From an uncultured Candidatus Peribacteria bacterium (GTDB lineage: Bacteria; Patescibacteriota; Gracilibacteria; Peribacterales; Peribacteraceae): 64,000 bases of DNA. The position numbers and the translations under genes were made by a program. The stretch lies in NCBI GenBank assembly GCA_964458645.1, contig CAYWJU010000001.1, forward strand, positions 99,784-163,783, written 5' to 3'. The notes under the pieces were generated by a model that worked only from the letters and a program-made list of their open reading frames with translations, had not been told where the DNA came from and searched no databases. Of this stretch, positions 17,764 through 26,490 are shown one piece after another. Position 1 is the first letter of the stretch. Each line of letters opens with the position of its first letter.

Positions 17764-18022
17764 GATAGAGAGGGAGAAGTGAGGGAAACAAAGTCGATCG
17801 CGTGAGACCACACTCGGACACACGACAAATACAAACGCAGTCTAGTGACCCGCCAAGAATGGCTGCAATAGGACCTTGTTCACCTTTGGTATTCAGAGCC
17901 CTGAAAAAAGCCATGCATGCAACTTTTTGAATTCGTCCAATGCATCAACAAAATGTTCCGACAAAACACTTTATTTGTTCATCAAAAAAAGTGTGTACAC
18001 AAAAAATATACAGTGGCTTGCG

Positions 18023-19012
18023 CTAGAGCAAAGAAAGTTGTGACGATGCAACATCTGGCGAGCCCTGATGCTTGCGATTCTTTGTTGGCGCAATTGCCTC
18101 CGTTTGAGCCGGCGCAGGCAGGAAATGCGCCTTGCCGTAGGGCAACTCCGTCAACGCGATCAGCCGTTTGGTTAGTAAGGTGAATTCGAAGTCTTTGAAA
18201 ACACTCAAGATGTCGGCAGTCGGCAATGCGCTCAGTGCCAATTCCGACAACGGAACTGGGAAAGGAAGATCACAAATCAACTCAGCCATTTTTGCACAGA
18301 AAAAAGCCGACTCCCGATCCTTCTCCAGCTTCGTCCGCCAGGACTCCTTCACTTCCGGCAAATGGTCGTACAAGTTCTGCAATGTGCCGTATTTCTGCAG
18401 CAATGCAGCTGCTGCCTTGGGACCGATTCCCAGAACGCCATGCAGGTTATCCGACGAGTCCCCTACCAATCCTTTATAGGAGGGAATTTGCGCCGGGGTA
18501 ACGCCATACTTGGTTTCCACTTCTTTTGGCCCCAAATACTCGGGTACTTGGTATCCCTTATGAGGGATGGCAACCCTGATCTTGTCGGAGGCAAGCTGAA
18601 ACAAGTCGCGGTCGCCCGAAACGATCGTCACGCGGTCGCCCTGTTTTTCGGCAGCCCGAGCGTACGCACACGCAAAGTCATCTGCCTCGAAGCCGCCACC
18701 CTCCACCCGCTTGATACCCATGGCATCCAGCATACGAAAGACACCAGGCACCTGCGGGTAGAAATCCTCCGGCGTGGGTGAGCGGCCGGCCTTGTACGCC
18801 TCGTATTGCTCATGACGAAATGTTTTTTCATCGGCATCGAAGCACAGGAGCAAGCTGTCGGGCTGCTCTGCCTTCAAGATGTTCATGAGCATGGAGGCAT
18901 AGCCAAATGCCATATTCACTTGCTCTCCTTTGGAGTTCTTCATGTTCCGCGGAATGGCCCAGTACGCCCTATACAGAAGGTGGTGTCCGTCGATGATGAC
19001 AAGATGTTTCAT
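18023..19012 (-). CDS. stand-alone 5'-3' exonuclease (Pol I N-terminal / FEN-like domain)
   Basis: IIDGHHLLYRAYWA, FEADDFACAYA, VSGDRDLFQL, and an H3TH region (GDSSDNLHGVLGIGPKAA). Confidence 0.9.
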   Translation of the reverse strand: MKHLVIIDGHHLLYRAYWAIPRNMKNSKGEQVNMAFGYASMLMNILKAEQPDSLLLCFDADEKTFRHEQYEAYKAGRSPTPEDFYPQVPGVFRMLDAMGIKRVEGGGFEADDFACAYARAAEKQGDRVTIVSGDRDLFQLASDKIRVAIPHKGYQVPEYLGPKEVETKYGVTPAQIPSYKGLVGDSSDNLHGVLGIGPKAAAALLQKYGTLQNLYDHLPEVKESWRTKLEKDRESAFFCAKMAELICDLPFPVPLSELALSALPTADILSVFKDFEFTLLTKRLIALTELPYGKAHFLPAPAQTEAIAPTKNRKHQGSPDVASSQLSLL

Positions 19013-19107
19013 GAGTAGGTGACGAGAAAAGATATCTCACGCTGGAGACCCCGGCGTAGTCCCGCCCTGCGGGACGAAGCGGGGTCGATGATGACCAGGT
19101 GTTTCAT
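18989..19107 (-). repeat. 24-bp direct duplication of the exonuclease gene start flanking a 71-bp hairpin-bearing insert; it creates a 32-codon upstream ORF
   Basis: GTCGATGATGACAAGATGTTTCAT (18989-19012) compared with GTCGATGATGACCAGGTGTTTCAT (19084-19107). The insert contains the hairpin GTCCCGC-CCT-GCGGGAC. Confidence 0.75.
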
Positions 19108-19253
19108 ACGCTGCAGTATCCTTGCCCACGGTGCGGTTGTCACGACAACGGAATGTAAAGAATACTATGCAACAATTATCGGTCGGCGCAATAGGGCCTA
19201 CGAGCGCAGAAGCCAAAAAAACGGTATACTAAGAAGAACACACAAACACTCAC

Positions 19254-19886
19254 ATGACACAACTCTCCCCTGCGTATGACAATAAGATCCCGCGCAAATA
19301 TTGCGCCCGGACGATTGAGCATAAGTTGGAAAATAAAAAGGCACTGCAGGAGCAACTCGGCTGGCCGGTGGAACCGAAGCAGGCAATCCTGTGTATCTCG
19401 ACCGGTATGACCGACGCGCTCGGCGGTGAGCTGATGGAAAAGGTACTCGACGGTATTCTGGAACTTCCGGTGGCACTGCTCATTCGCGGACGAGGTTCGT
19501 CCAAGTACGGCGAACTGTTTACCAAGCTTGCCAAGGGCCACGGTCATCGCATCAAGATCATTCCGGACGATGAAATGAACCTGCGCCGCATGCTTGCAGG
19601 ATCGGACATCGCGTTGTTCTTTGCCGAGCAACAGGACCCCGACGACATCAACAATGCTCTACGCTACGGCGTGATTCCGGCCGCCATGCCGTGCGACACA
19701 CTGGAAGACTACAACCCCGTTCAGGAAAGCGGGAATGCATTCGTGTACCAGGAGGCAACGCACTGGCAGTGCTTTGCCAGCGTCGTTCGCGCACTTGAAA
19801 CCTTTAAGTTCCCCTACGACTGGAGGACCATCCAGCGCAATGCGATGGAATCCATGGAGAACTTGGATGGAAAGAAGGCAGACTAG
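19254..19886 (+). CDS. glycogen/starch-synthase-like protein, C-terminal (second Rossmann) half only
   Basis: 210 aa. NKKALQEQLGWP....ILCISTGMTD..G.....VL..IL.LPVALLIRGRGS resembles the GT5 GlgA C-terminal domain. No N-terminal half is encoded upstream. Confidence 0.55.
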   Translation: MTQLSPAYDNKIPRKYCARTIEHKLENKKALQEQLGWPVEPKQAILCISTGMTDALGGELMEKVLDGILELPVALLIRGRGSSKYGELFTKLAKGHGHRIKIIPDDEMNLRRMLAGSDIALFFAEQQDPDDINNALRYGVIPAAMPCDTLEDYNPVQESGNAFVYQEATHWQCFASVVRALETFKFPYDWRTIQRNAMESMENLDGKKAD

Positions 19887-20074
19887 AAATCTTCGCCGAT
19901 ACCTTCGATGCCGAGCGGGTTCTTTTCGTCTGCATCTTCATCGCTGCTATCTTCGTCGGATGCGAAATCCAAACTGTCATCGTCCAGTTCAAAACCACCT
20001 TCTTCCTTTCCTGCACCGAACGCATCGTCATCGTCATCGTCACCAAAAATGGAAAGAGGGAGCAACAGTTCCAT
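19883..20074 (-). CDS. possible small, highly acidic protein (63 aa)
   Basis: MELLLPLSIFGDDDDDDAFGAGKEEGGFELDDDSLDFASDEDSSDEDADEKNPLGIEGIGEDF. Its end overlaps the convergent upstream gene by 4 nt. Low complexity, so the coding status is uncertain. Confidence 0.3.
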   Translation of the reverse strand: MELLLPLSIFGDDDDDDAFGAGKEEGGFELDDDSLDFASDEDSSDEDADEKNPLGIEGIGEDF

Positions 20075-20214
20075 AGGGGCGGGTAAGAAAAGAGGAAATA
20101 CGCGCGAAGTATAAACGGATGAGTTTCTGGCGCAAGTTGAAAATGCGCACCCTAGGAAGCGCCGGCTGCATTGACCGTTTTGCTCCAAGGCGAAGAGCGG
20201 TACACTAGCCTGGT

Positions 20215-20964
20215 ATGCGTCGCACACTCACCACCATCATCATCGGCTCTCTGTCTCTTTCTCTCTGGGCATGTTCGTCCGGCACTCCCGCCCCTGCTAC
20301 GCCCACTCCCGCCACAACCGGCACCGGAAGCGCAAAGCCTGTGGAAACCAAGGCATCGCTCGAAGTGAAGGCTAATGCCGGAGATGAAAACGCGCAGTTT
20401 GAACTCGGCGCGCTGTATCACGACGGACAAGGCATCCCCCGCGACTTTGCACTGGCCCGCAAATGGTTCGAAAAGGCAGCCGCACAGGGCGAAGTGAAGT
20501 CACAGTTCAATCTTGGCGTCATGTACTACACCGGTGAAGGCGTCACCAAAGACTTCGTGAAAGCTCGCGAGTGGTTTGAAAAAGCAGCCAAGGCCGGCAA
20601 TGCCCGCTCGCAGTTCAATTTGGGCGTGGTGTACTACCGCGGCGAGGGTGTGAAGCAGGATTTCTCGAAAGCCATGACGCTCTTTCGCCAGGCCGCGGAG
20701 CAAAACTTCAACGAGGCACAATTCAACCTGGGCGTCATGTACGCCAAGGGCGAAGGCGTTCCGGCAGACGGCGTGCAGTCGTACATGTGGTTCGACCTGG
20801 CGCTGAAGCAAGGAAACACGCAGGCCAAGACTGCGATTGACTCACTCACGCCTCAGGTCACCAAGGAACAGATTGCGGAAGCCAAAAGGCTTTCAGACGG
20901 TTACAGCAAGAAATTCCAGGAGATGGCTTCGTCCGCTGCTGCAATGCTGAACGAACAGAAATAA
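20215..20964 (+). CDS. Sel1-repeat lipoprotein
   Basis: Lipobox LWAC|S, then five repeats of the form AQ/SQFNLGVMY..GEGV.KD...A..WF.KAA. Confidence 0.85.
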   Translation: MRRTLTTIIIGSLSLSLWACSSGTPAPATPTPATTGTGSAKPVETKASLEVKANAGDENAQFELGALYHDGQGIPRDFALARKWFEKAAAQGEVKSQFNLGVMYYTGEGVTKDFVKAREWFEKAAKAGNARSQFNLGVVYYRGEGVKQDFSKAMTLFRQAAEQNFNEAQFNLGVMYAKGEGVPADGVQSYMWFDLALKQGNTQAKTAIDSLTPQVTKEQIAEAKRLSDGYSKKFQEMASSAAAMLNEQK

Positions 20965-20997
20965 GACCGCATTCTCCTTGCACGACAAAAGGGCGGC

Positions 20998-21270
20998 TCA
21001 GGCCGCCTTTTTCTTGCGCCTGCTCTGCCGTACCAACAACGCGCTCTTTTCACTTCTGGGCCAACGCTTCACCTCCGCTTCGCGCCGCCGTGCCTCCGAT
21101 AGTGTGAGGTACGCTTCGTTGTAGACGAATGTCACCGGCAGTCGTGCCCGCGTGTACTTCGCACCCTTGCCGGAGTTATGCATGGCTTCACGCGCCTGGA
21201 GATTCACACATGTTCCGGCGTACAACGTACCGTCCGAACATCGCGCCAAATAAAAGTAGTGTTTGCCCAC
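20998..21270 (-). CDS. GIY-YIG nuclease family protein (UPF0213-like)
   Basis: 90 aa. YFYLARCSDGTLYAGTC..L..R...HNSGKGAKYTR. Confidence 0.85.
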   Translation of the reverse strand: MGKHYFYLARCSDGTLYAGTCVNLQAREAMHNSGKGAKYTRARLPVTFVYNEAYLTLSEARRREAEVKRWPRSEKSALLVRQSRRKKKAA

Positions 21271-21279
21271 GGCACGATA

Positions 21280-22194
21280 CTACCGCACCTCCCGACCAGC
21301 AAACGATGGAAATCGTTGAAACAATGCGCTGCGCACATGATCGGGGTGCACAAAGAAGATATAACCGGGCAACATTGCTAGAAACCATCCCATGCCCAAG
21401 AACACAAGTATCAACAGATGAAATGCTATTCCTGCACTTACGCCAAAGGGACGTAATTGCGGTACCCAAAGACCAATGGGAATAACAAACTGCAGAAATT
21501 CAATGGAGCGTACGAGTACATCGTACACCCACATCCATGGCACAAGACGTACAAATAGGAATGCGAGTGGCGTAGCCCAAATGCTCTGCATATTGTAATA
21601 CAAAACTTCACCGCCTTGCCAGTCGGCCAATACGAATTTTTGCCAACACACTCCTATATACGTTGATGTCAGTTGCAGCATAATCAAGCGCTGCGTCAGT
21701 GCGCATACGGGTCTCCAGGCGACCCATGATCCATGTCGTAAGCGCATATCGAGTGAATAGGTTCCACCACTGTCACTGAAAACAAATGCGAGCAAGAAGA
21801 AGAGAAATAATATATCGAACGATGTACCAAACAAATGCAATGACAGCGCCCAGAAATACGCCGAGAGCGCAAACGAGGCGGCAGCCATAACCTGAGAACG
21901 AATACCCAGCGCAAATCCAAGTAAGCATGCAAGCAGCAGCACATACAAACAAAGAGCTATCGCAACTGAGGGAAGCTGCAAGCTCCACAAAATAATGGCA
22001 GGTGCACCACGCGAAAACAAAGGTGTTGCCACCCCCTGATTCGAAAAAAGCTGCGGAACTGCCGGAAGTTTCAACAGCCAATATCCGAACAAGAACACGC
22101 CAACTGCAATACGCACAATCGCAAGACCATGCGGAGAAATGTCGCCCAACCACCACCGATCCCATGCTTTCCATGCGGCGCGCAAGTGTGTCAT
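21280..22194 (-). CDS. HTTM-domain (vitamin-K-dependent gamma-carboxylase-like) membrane protein
   Basis: 304 aa. The N-terminus WDRWWLGDISPHGLAIVRIAVGVFLFGYWLL is typical of HTTM, followed by multiple TM helices. Confidence 0.65.
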   Translation of the reverse strand: MTHLRAAWKAWDRWWLGDISPHGLAIVRIAVGVFLFGYWLLKLPAVPQLFSNQGVATPLFSRGAPAIILWSLQLPSVAIALCLYVLLLACLLGFALGIRSQVMAAASFALSAYFWALSLHLFGTSFDILFLFFLLAFVFSDSGGTYSLDMRLRHGSWVAWRPVCALTQRLIMLQLTSTYIGVCWQKFVLADWQGGEVLYYNMQSIWATPLAFLFVRLVPWMWVYDVLVRSIEFLQFVIPIGLWVPQLRPFGVSAGIAFHLLILVFLGMGWFLAMLPGYIFFVHPDHVRSALFQRFPSFAGREVR

Positions 22195-22679
22195 TCGTTA
22201 TTGAGGGAAACGGGTTCACGTCTGAGCGTCAGAGCCTGCTGCAACGCAAAAAGTCCATCGGGGGATACCGGCCATATCTTCCAGTACAAACGGACGAGCT
22301 CGTAATCGTTTCCACGCAAGCGCTCACGATCGGCGAGCAGCTGAGAAAGCCGCTGATATGCAGCCAATCTCTCTTCAGTCCCATGAAATAGCTGCGTCAA
22401 ATTCAGATAACCACGCACAACTCGTTCTCCATACGGATACGGATAGTAACGCTCCAGTGGCAATTCCTGCAGTGAGCCATCGCTGTACATACCTTCTGCG
22501 GATAATTCATATACCTCTGTGGCGTACCCCTGAAACGGAGCTGTCATTGCATAGCTCAACAACACGATATTCCGTCCAATTGGAGGTAGCCTCCGGAACA
22601 ACGTGAAGTGCAAAGCACACAATGTCACAGCCAGATAAAGCACTACCACCGAATGACACAGTACGCGTCGAACAACCAT
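22191..22679 (-). CDS. membrane-anchored hypothetical protein, translationally coupled to the HTTM gene
   Basis: 162 aa with an N-terminal TM helix. Its stop overlaps the HTTM start (ATGA at 22191-22194). Confidence 0.6.
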   Translation of the reverse strand: MVVRRVLCHSVVVLYLAVTLCALHFTLFRRLPPIGRNIVLLSYAMTAPFQGYATEVYELSAEGMYSDGSLQELPLERYYPYPYGERVVRGYLNLTQLFHGTEERLAAYQRLSQLLADRERLRGNDYELVRLYWKIWPVSPDGLFALQQALTLRREPVSLNNE

Positions 22680-22700
22680 GATGTAATCATACAGGAACCG

Positions 22701-23672
22701 TCACTTGTTCAAGTACTTGTTGTTCACGTACACGGCAACGTACCCGACGGCGATGAGCGCCAATCCGGCCAATACCAAGGCAAGCGGCCAACCCAATCCG
22801 TCCTGGAAATACTCACCGGTGATCTTCAAAATGTAGATCATGAGGTAGATTGCCCCAAATACCAGGAACGATTTGGCACGTAAATACACACTCAGGAACA
22901 TGGCGCCGAAGACCAGGCCGGGAAACAGTAGCTCCCAAACAATGGAGGCATCCGGCGTCCAGCCACCCAGCACCAACGCGGCACCCAAGAAACCGAAGAC
23001 GCCGAAGCCATACAGCGGACCGGTAAACTCCTCTTTGCCGGAGTGCTGGAAGTAGTGGCCGAGCAGCATGTACGACAATCCGGCGACAAGTACGCGGTAG
23101 GCGTAGAAGCGCCACCAGTCGCCAAACACTGCGTTGCCGGAGATGAGCGCACTCGTAACGGCGAAGAACAGCCACGTACAGAAGAAGATACCGAACAGGA
23201 GCAGAACGCCCTTGCGGAAGGCGGCGTACGAGGCGAGATACATGGCCGACAACGCACCGGACATCAGTACGTTGGTGAATGCGGATGAAGTCTCGTATCC
23301 AGCTTGATCGAACGTAACGAACAATCCAAGCGGCAAGACCAAAGCGGACAGGAAAAAGAACGCCTGACCCACACGCTCGGTACGCTTGTCGCGGATAAAT
23401 GCCAACCCTACGAAATATGCCGCAATACCCGAACCCAGCGTGACGAGGATTTTGGTGAACGCATTCAGCTCCGTCCAATTCTGACCGATCAAAATCGAAA
23501 TGCCCAAGAAGACAATCGCTCCGCCGATGTAATATAGAATTTCGGACAGCTGCAGATGCGATACGGCATTCGCATCGTGTCCACGGTCGATGGCGTCCAG
23601 CACATCGCGTTTGGTGACAGTCTTGTGCCGAATTCCGTCAGCGACGGCGTCGAGAAGTGCTTGTTTTTGCAT
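22701..23672 (-). CDS. multi-pass membrane protein (soluble N-terminal region of about 45 aa, then about 9 TM helices)
   Basis: 323 aa with strongly hydrophobic periodic segments. The architecture resembles DUF2157; the family is not verified. Confidence 0.65.
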   Translation of the reverse strand: MQKQALLDAVADGIRHKTVTKRDVLDAIDRGHDANAVSHLQLSEILYYIGGAIVFLGISILIGQNWTELNAFTKILVTLGSGIAAYFVGLAFIRDKRTERVGQAFFFLSALVLPLGLFVTFDQAGYETSSAFTNVLMSGALSAMYLASYAAFRKGVLLLFGIFFCTWLFFAVTSALISGNAVFGDWWRFYAYRVLVAGLSYMLLGHYFQHSGKEEFTGPLYGFGVFGFLGAALVLGGWTPDASIVWELLFPGLVFGAMFLSVYLRAKSFLVFGAIYLMIYILKITGEYFQDGLGWPLALVLAGLALIAVGYVAVYVNNKYLNK

Positions 23673-23678
23673 ACGAAA

Positions 23679-24215
23679 TTAGGGAATGATCCAGCCGAGG
23701 AGTTGATAATTGAGGTACGTATATTCCACGTCACCGGACGGCCTGATGTTCGCTTTGCGACTGACATTGTGGCCCTTCAGGTACACCGAATTGTAGTCAC
23801 GGCCCATGTCGAACAGGAACAAGAAGTCTCCCCCGCCGCTGTTGCCGCGCACCAACTCGAAACCATCCGATGAGATCGGCGACTCATCTAGTCGCAGGCG
23901 CTGAGCCTCCTCGAATGTGATTGGCAAACTCTCATTCTTCTCCACGTCGTACACATACAATTCTTGTTCGCAATCCGAACGGATATACCCCGGATCTTTC
24001 AGGCTATTAGGCTGTTCAATCCGCGTCACAACTCCGCCATGCGTTTCGTAGACCCATGCACAAGAGTAAGAATCGTTATTGCCGTTCACATACAGAAAGT
24101 TGACCGTAGGCTTTATGAACAATCCCGGTACGTAAATGCTGGCAGCGACGAAGATCACCATAAAGATGGGGATGGCGATGCCGACGATGAGCGAGATATT
24201 CGGCTTGGCTTTCAT
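23679..24215 (-). CDS. membrane-anchored hypothetical protein
   Basis: Start set at MKAKPNISLIVGIAIPIFMVIFVAASIYV (N-terminal TM helix), followed by a soluble domain of about 150 aa. Confidence 0.6.
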   Translation of the reverse strand: MKAKPNISLIVGIAIPIFMVIFVAASIYVPGLFIKPTVNFLYVNGNNDSYSCAWVYETHGGVVTRIEQPNSLKDPGYIRSDCEQELYVYDVEKNESLPITFEEAQRLRLDESPISSDGFELVRGNSGGGDFLFLFDMGRDYNSVYLKGHNVSRKANIRPSGDVEYTYLNYQLLGWIIP

Positions 24216-24379
24216 GCGTGGGACGGGAAAAGGCGTGACGCAGTATACCCCAAGTGCACGCGATAGCAGACGCACGGTGAACCGAACCTGGCTGCGGTCA
24301 AGCCAGCATGTGCATGCATGAAAAAGGCTCGTCGGGCAGACGAGCCAATGTCATTCTCCCCGTACAGAGAGAAGATTCG

Positions 24380-24715
24380 CTACACCGACATCATTCGAAT
24401 GATCCGTTTCGTGATGCAATCGAGGCAAATGCCTCGCGAGACACCCAGCGTTTTTTGCAGGAATGTCTTTACCCGGAGTCCGTGTTCCGAGGTTGCGTCG
24501 ATGTCGACGACTTCTTTGCGTGTCTCCAGCGTTATCTGCGTAACGTCAATGGCGACCGCGAACGCGTCTTGCCTGCAGAAATTGCAGACAATCGATTGTT
24601 GCGGCCAGCGCTGTTTGACCAGTGCGGAGTACTCGCCTTTGCCTATCGCAAAGTTGATCCTGTCTTCCAAACCACTCTCTTTCGGGCGACGATTCCAAAG
24701 AATGAACGTAGCCAA
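24380..24715 (-). CDS. hypothetical protein (111 aa, TTG start)
   Basis: Of three overlapping frames, this one shows the GC3-rich codon pattern seen in confident genes of the window. Confidence 0.45.
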   Translation of the reverse strand: MATFILWNRRPKESGLEDRINFAIGKGEYSALVKQRWPQQSIVCNFCRQDAFAVAIDVTQITLETRKEVVDIDATSEHGLRVKTFLQKTLGVSRGICLDCITKRIIRMMSV

Positions 24716-24798
24716 TCCGAAGGGTACGAACTGACTTTTGGTATTATGAACTGATGAAGTATATTGTCAAGAATCACTGACATCAGGATTCCATGAAG

Positions 24799-24902
24799 AG
24801 TGGATCGGGTGGGACCACGGCACCAGTCGCTACGCTCCGGTGCGTGGCATGCTTGAACCCACGACCAAGAGATGAAGAATTCTCCTCTCGAGCAACGGAC
24901 GG
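24799..24902 (-). pseudogene. decayed tandem copy of tRNA-Lys
   Basis: It shares TCTCTTGGTCGTGGGTTCAAG and TCCCACCCGATCCAC with the intact gene. It differs in four ways: a 37-nt hairpin insert in the T loop (24815-24851), an 8-nt anticodon loop (ATTCTTCA), a deleted D loop, and no acceptor pairing. Confidence 0.55.
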
Positions 24903-24919
24903 TGTGTTGTGAGTGTAAA

Positions 24920-24995
24920 TGGTGGATCGGGTGGGACTTGAACCCACGACCAAGAGATTAAGAGTCTCCTGCTCTACCAACTGAGCTACCGATCC
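24920..24995 (-). tRNA. tRNA-Lys (anticodon CTT), CCA encoded
   Basis: GGATCGG TA GCTC AGTTGGTA GAGC A GGAGA CTCTTAA TCTCT TGGTC GTGGG TTCAAGT CCCAC CCGATCC A CCA. Confidence 0.93.
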
Positions 24996-25057
24996 AGGGT
25001 AGTTCGAAACGTAAGGAGCCGGGAAATCGTACTGCAAAGCCCGCTGCGCTTCAACCC

Positions 25058-25516
25058 CTACTGCGTGCGCTCCGCGCCGGGCTGCGGCTCCTCATTCAGG
25101 CGCGTTGCGGCCTGATCCGTCTCCGCCACCTGCTTATCCGCAAGTTGGGCCAAGATGGACTCGACTGTTTCGGTACGCGGCCCGTAGTGGCGCTCCATTC
25201 TCGCGCTCATCGTGACAACCGGCACTTCGCCTTCGGCGGTGGGCACCGGCGTGAGCGTCACGCCGGAGTGAACGGTGAGCGTATGTGCGGCGTCATCACG
25301 GACCTGGGACAACGTAATGACCACCCGCATGCCGCTGTTCCCCAGCAGCGCCCTCTCGCCGGCAAGCAAGGGCATGATCAGCGTCGTCGGGAACTCGGCG
25401 CCGGCCGCTTCCAGCTCGCCTTTCACTTCAATCAGCCGTGCAAAGGCCAGTTCATTCCCGCCTCCCGGCCGGAACGTCATCTCCCATTCTTTGCCTGCTG
25501 GAACAGCGATACTCAT
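25058..25516 (-). CDS. hypothetical protein (152 aa) downstream of truB
   Basis: Start set at MSIAVPAGKEW. Genome-typical codon usage. No family recognised. Confidence 0.5.
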   Translation of the reverse strand: MSIAVPAGKEWEMTFRPGGGNELAFARLIEVKGELEAAGAEFPTTLIMPLLAGERALLGNSGMRVVITLSQVRDDAAHTLTVHSGVTLTPVPTAEGEVPVVTMSARMERHYGPRTETVESILAQLADKQVAETDQAATRLNEEPQPGAERTQ

Positions 25517-25561
25517 AGAAACGCAGTCTGCTACGAACTTGTGCAGAGTCAAGATAATTTG

Positions 25562-26431
25562 TCATGCGAAGACCTTCCGGGGCTTCAGCGTGCCTTCGGT
25601 TTTGGGGTTCTTTTCCAGAATGGCCACCGGCAACCCGTCATGCCACGCGATGAGCGGCTCGCCCGTCACGGTGCCAGGAATGGCACGCCCGTTGCGGATG
25701 TGCTCCCATTCGGCGTCGGAAAGTTTGAACGCGGGAAAGCCCGGAAGCACATCTTTCAGCGGCAACACATCGGTCCACTTGGCATCGGAAGGCAACACGG
25801 CGTTCTTCACATCCCACTCCCCCACCTTGGTACGCGTGAGCGCCGACAAGTACGCGCCACAGTGCAAGGACTGCCCCAAATCGTGCGCCAGCGAACGGAT
25901 GTAGGTGCCGGAACCACATCTCACACGCAGCTGCATTTCCGGGTATGCATAGCGCGTGACCGTGCAGGATTCGATCTCCACCTGACGCGCCGGCATATCG
26001 ACCGTCTCGCCGCGCTGCGCCAGTTTGTATGCACGCTGCCCGCCGATGCTGATGGCCGAATATTGGGGCGGCACCTGGCTGAGCCTGCCGGTGAAACGAT
26101 CGTTGATGAGCGTCTGGATGCGCGAGCTGTCGTCGGGCGCCGACCAACCGGCCTTCAGCTTTGTCACAGTAATCGCGCCCTCGGCATCGTACGTGGTACT
26201 TGTGGCGCCGAGCTTCAACTCGGCCAGGTATTCCTTTCCCAAGTCTTTAAAGAGCTCGATGACCTTCAGCGCTTTGGCGCCGACCCCCAGCACCAACAAG
26301 CCGTCGGCCAATGGATCCAGCGTTCCCAAATGACCGATGCTGCGTTCGGACAAGCTGCGGCGCACCGCCGCGACTGCATCGTGGCTGGTGGGACCGCGCG
26401 GTTTGTTAATAAGGAGGAATCCGTGACGCAT
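25562..26431 (-). CDS. truB: tRNA pseudouridine(55) synthase
   Basis: GFLLINKPRGPTSHD and the catalytic motif GHLGTLDPLADGLLVLGVG. The start is set at MRHGFLL. Confidence 0.92.
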   Translation of the reverse strand: MRHGFLLINKPRGPTSHDAVAAVRRSLSERSIGHLGTLDPLADGLLVLGVGAKALKVIELFKDLGKEYLAELKLGATSTTYDAEGAITVTKLKAGWSAPDDSSRIQTLINDRFTGRLSQVPPQYSAISIGGQRAYKLAQRGETVDMPARQVEIESCTVTRYAYPEMQLRVRCGSGTYIRSLAHDLGQSLHCGAYLSALTRTKVGEWDVKNAVLPSDAKWTDVLPLKDVLPGFPAFKLSDAEWEHIRNGRAIPGTVTGEPLIAWHDGLPVAILEKNPKTEGTLKPRKVFA

Positions 26432-26490
26432 CGGGGGCGAGTGTACCTGAAGAGAAACGTACAAGGCGGGTGGATGTTACGGGTGCAACT

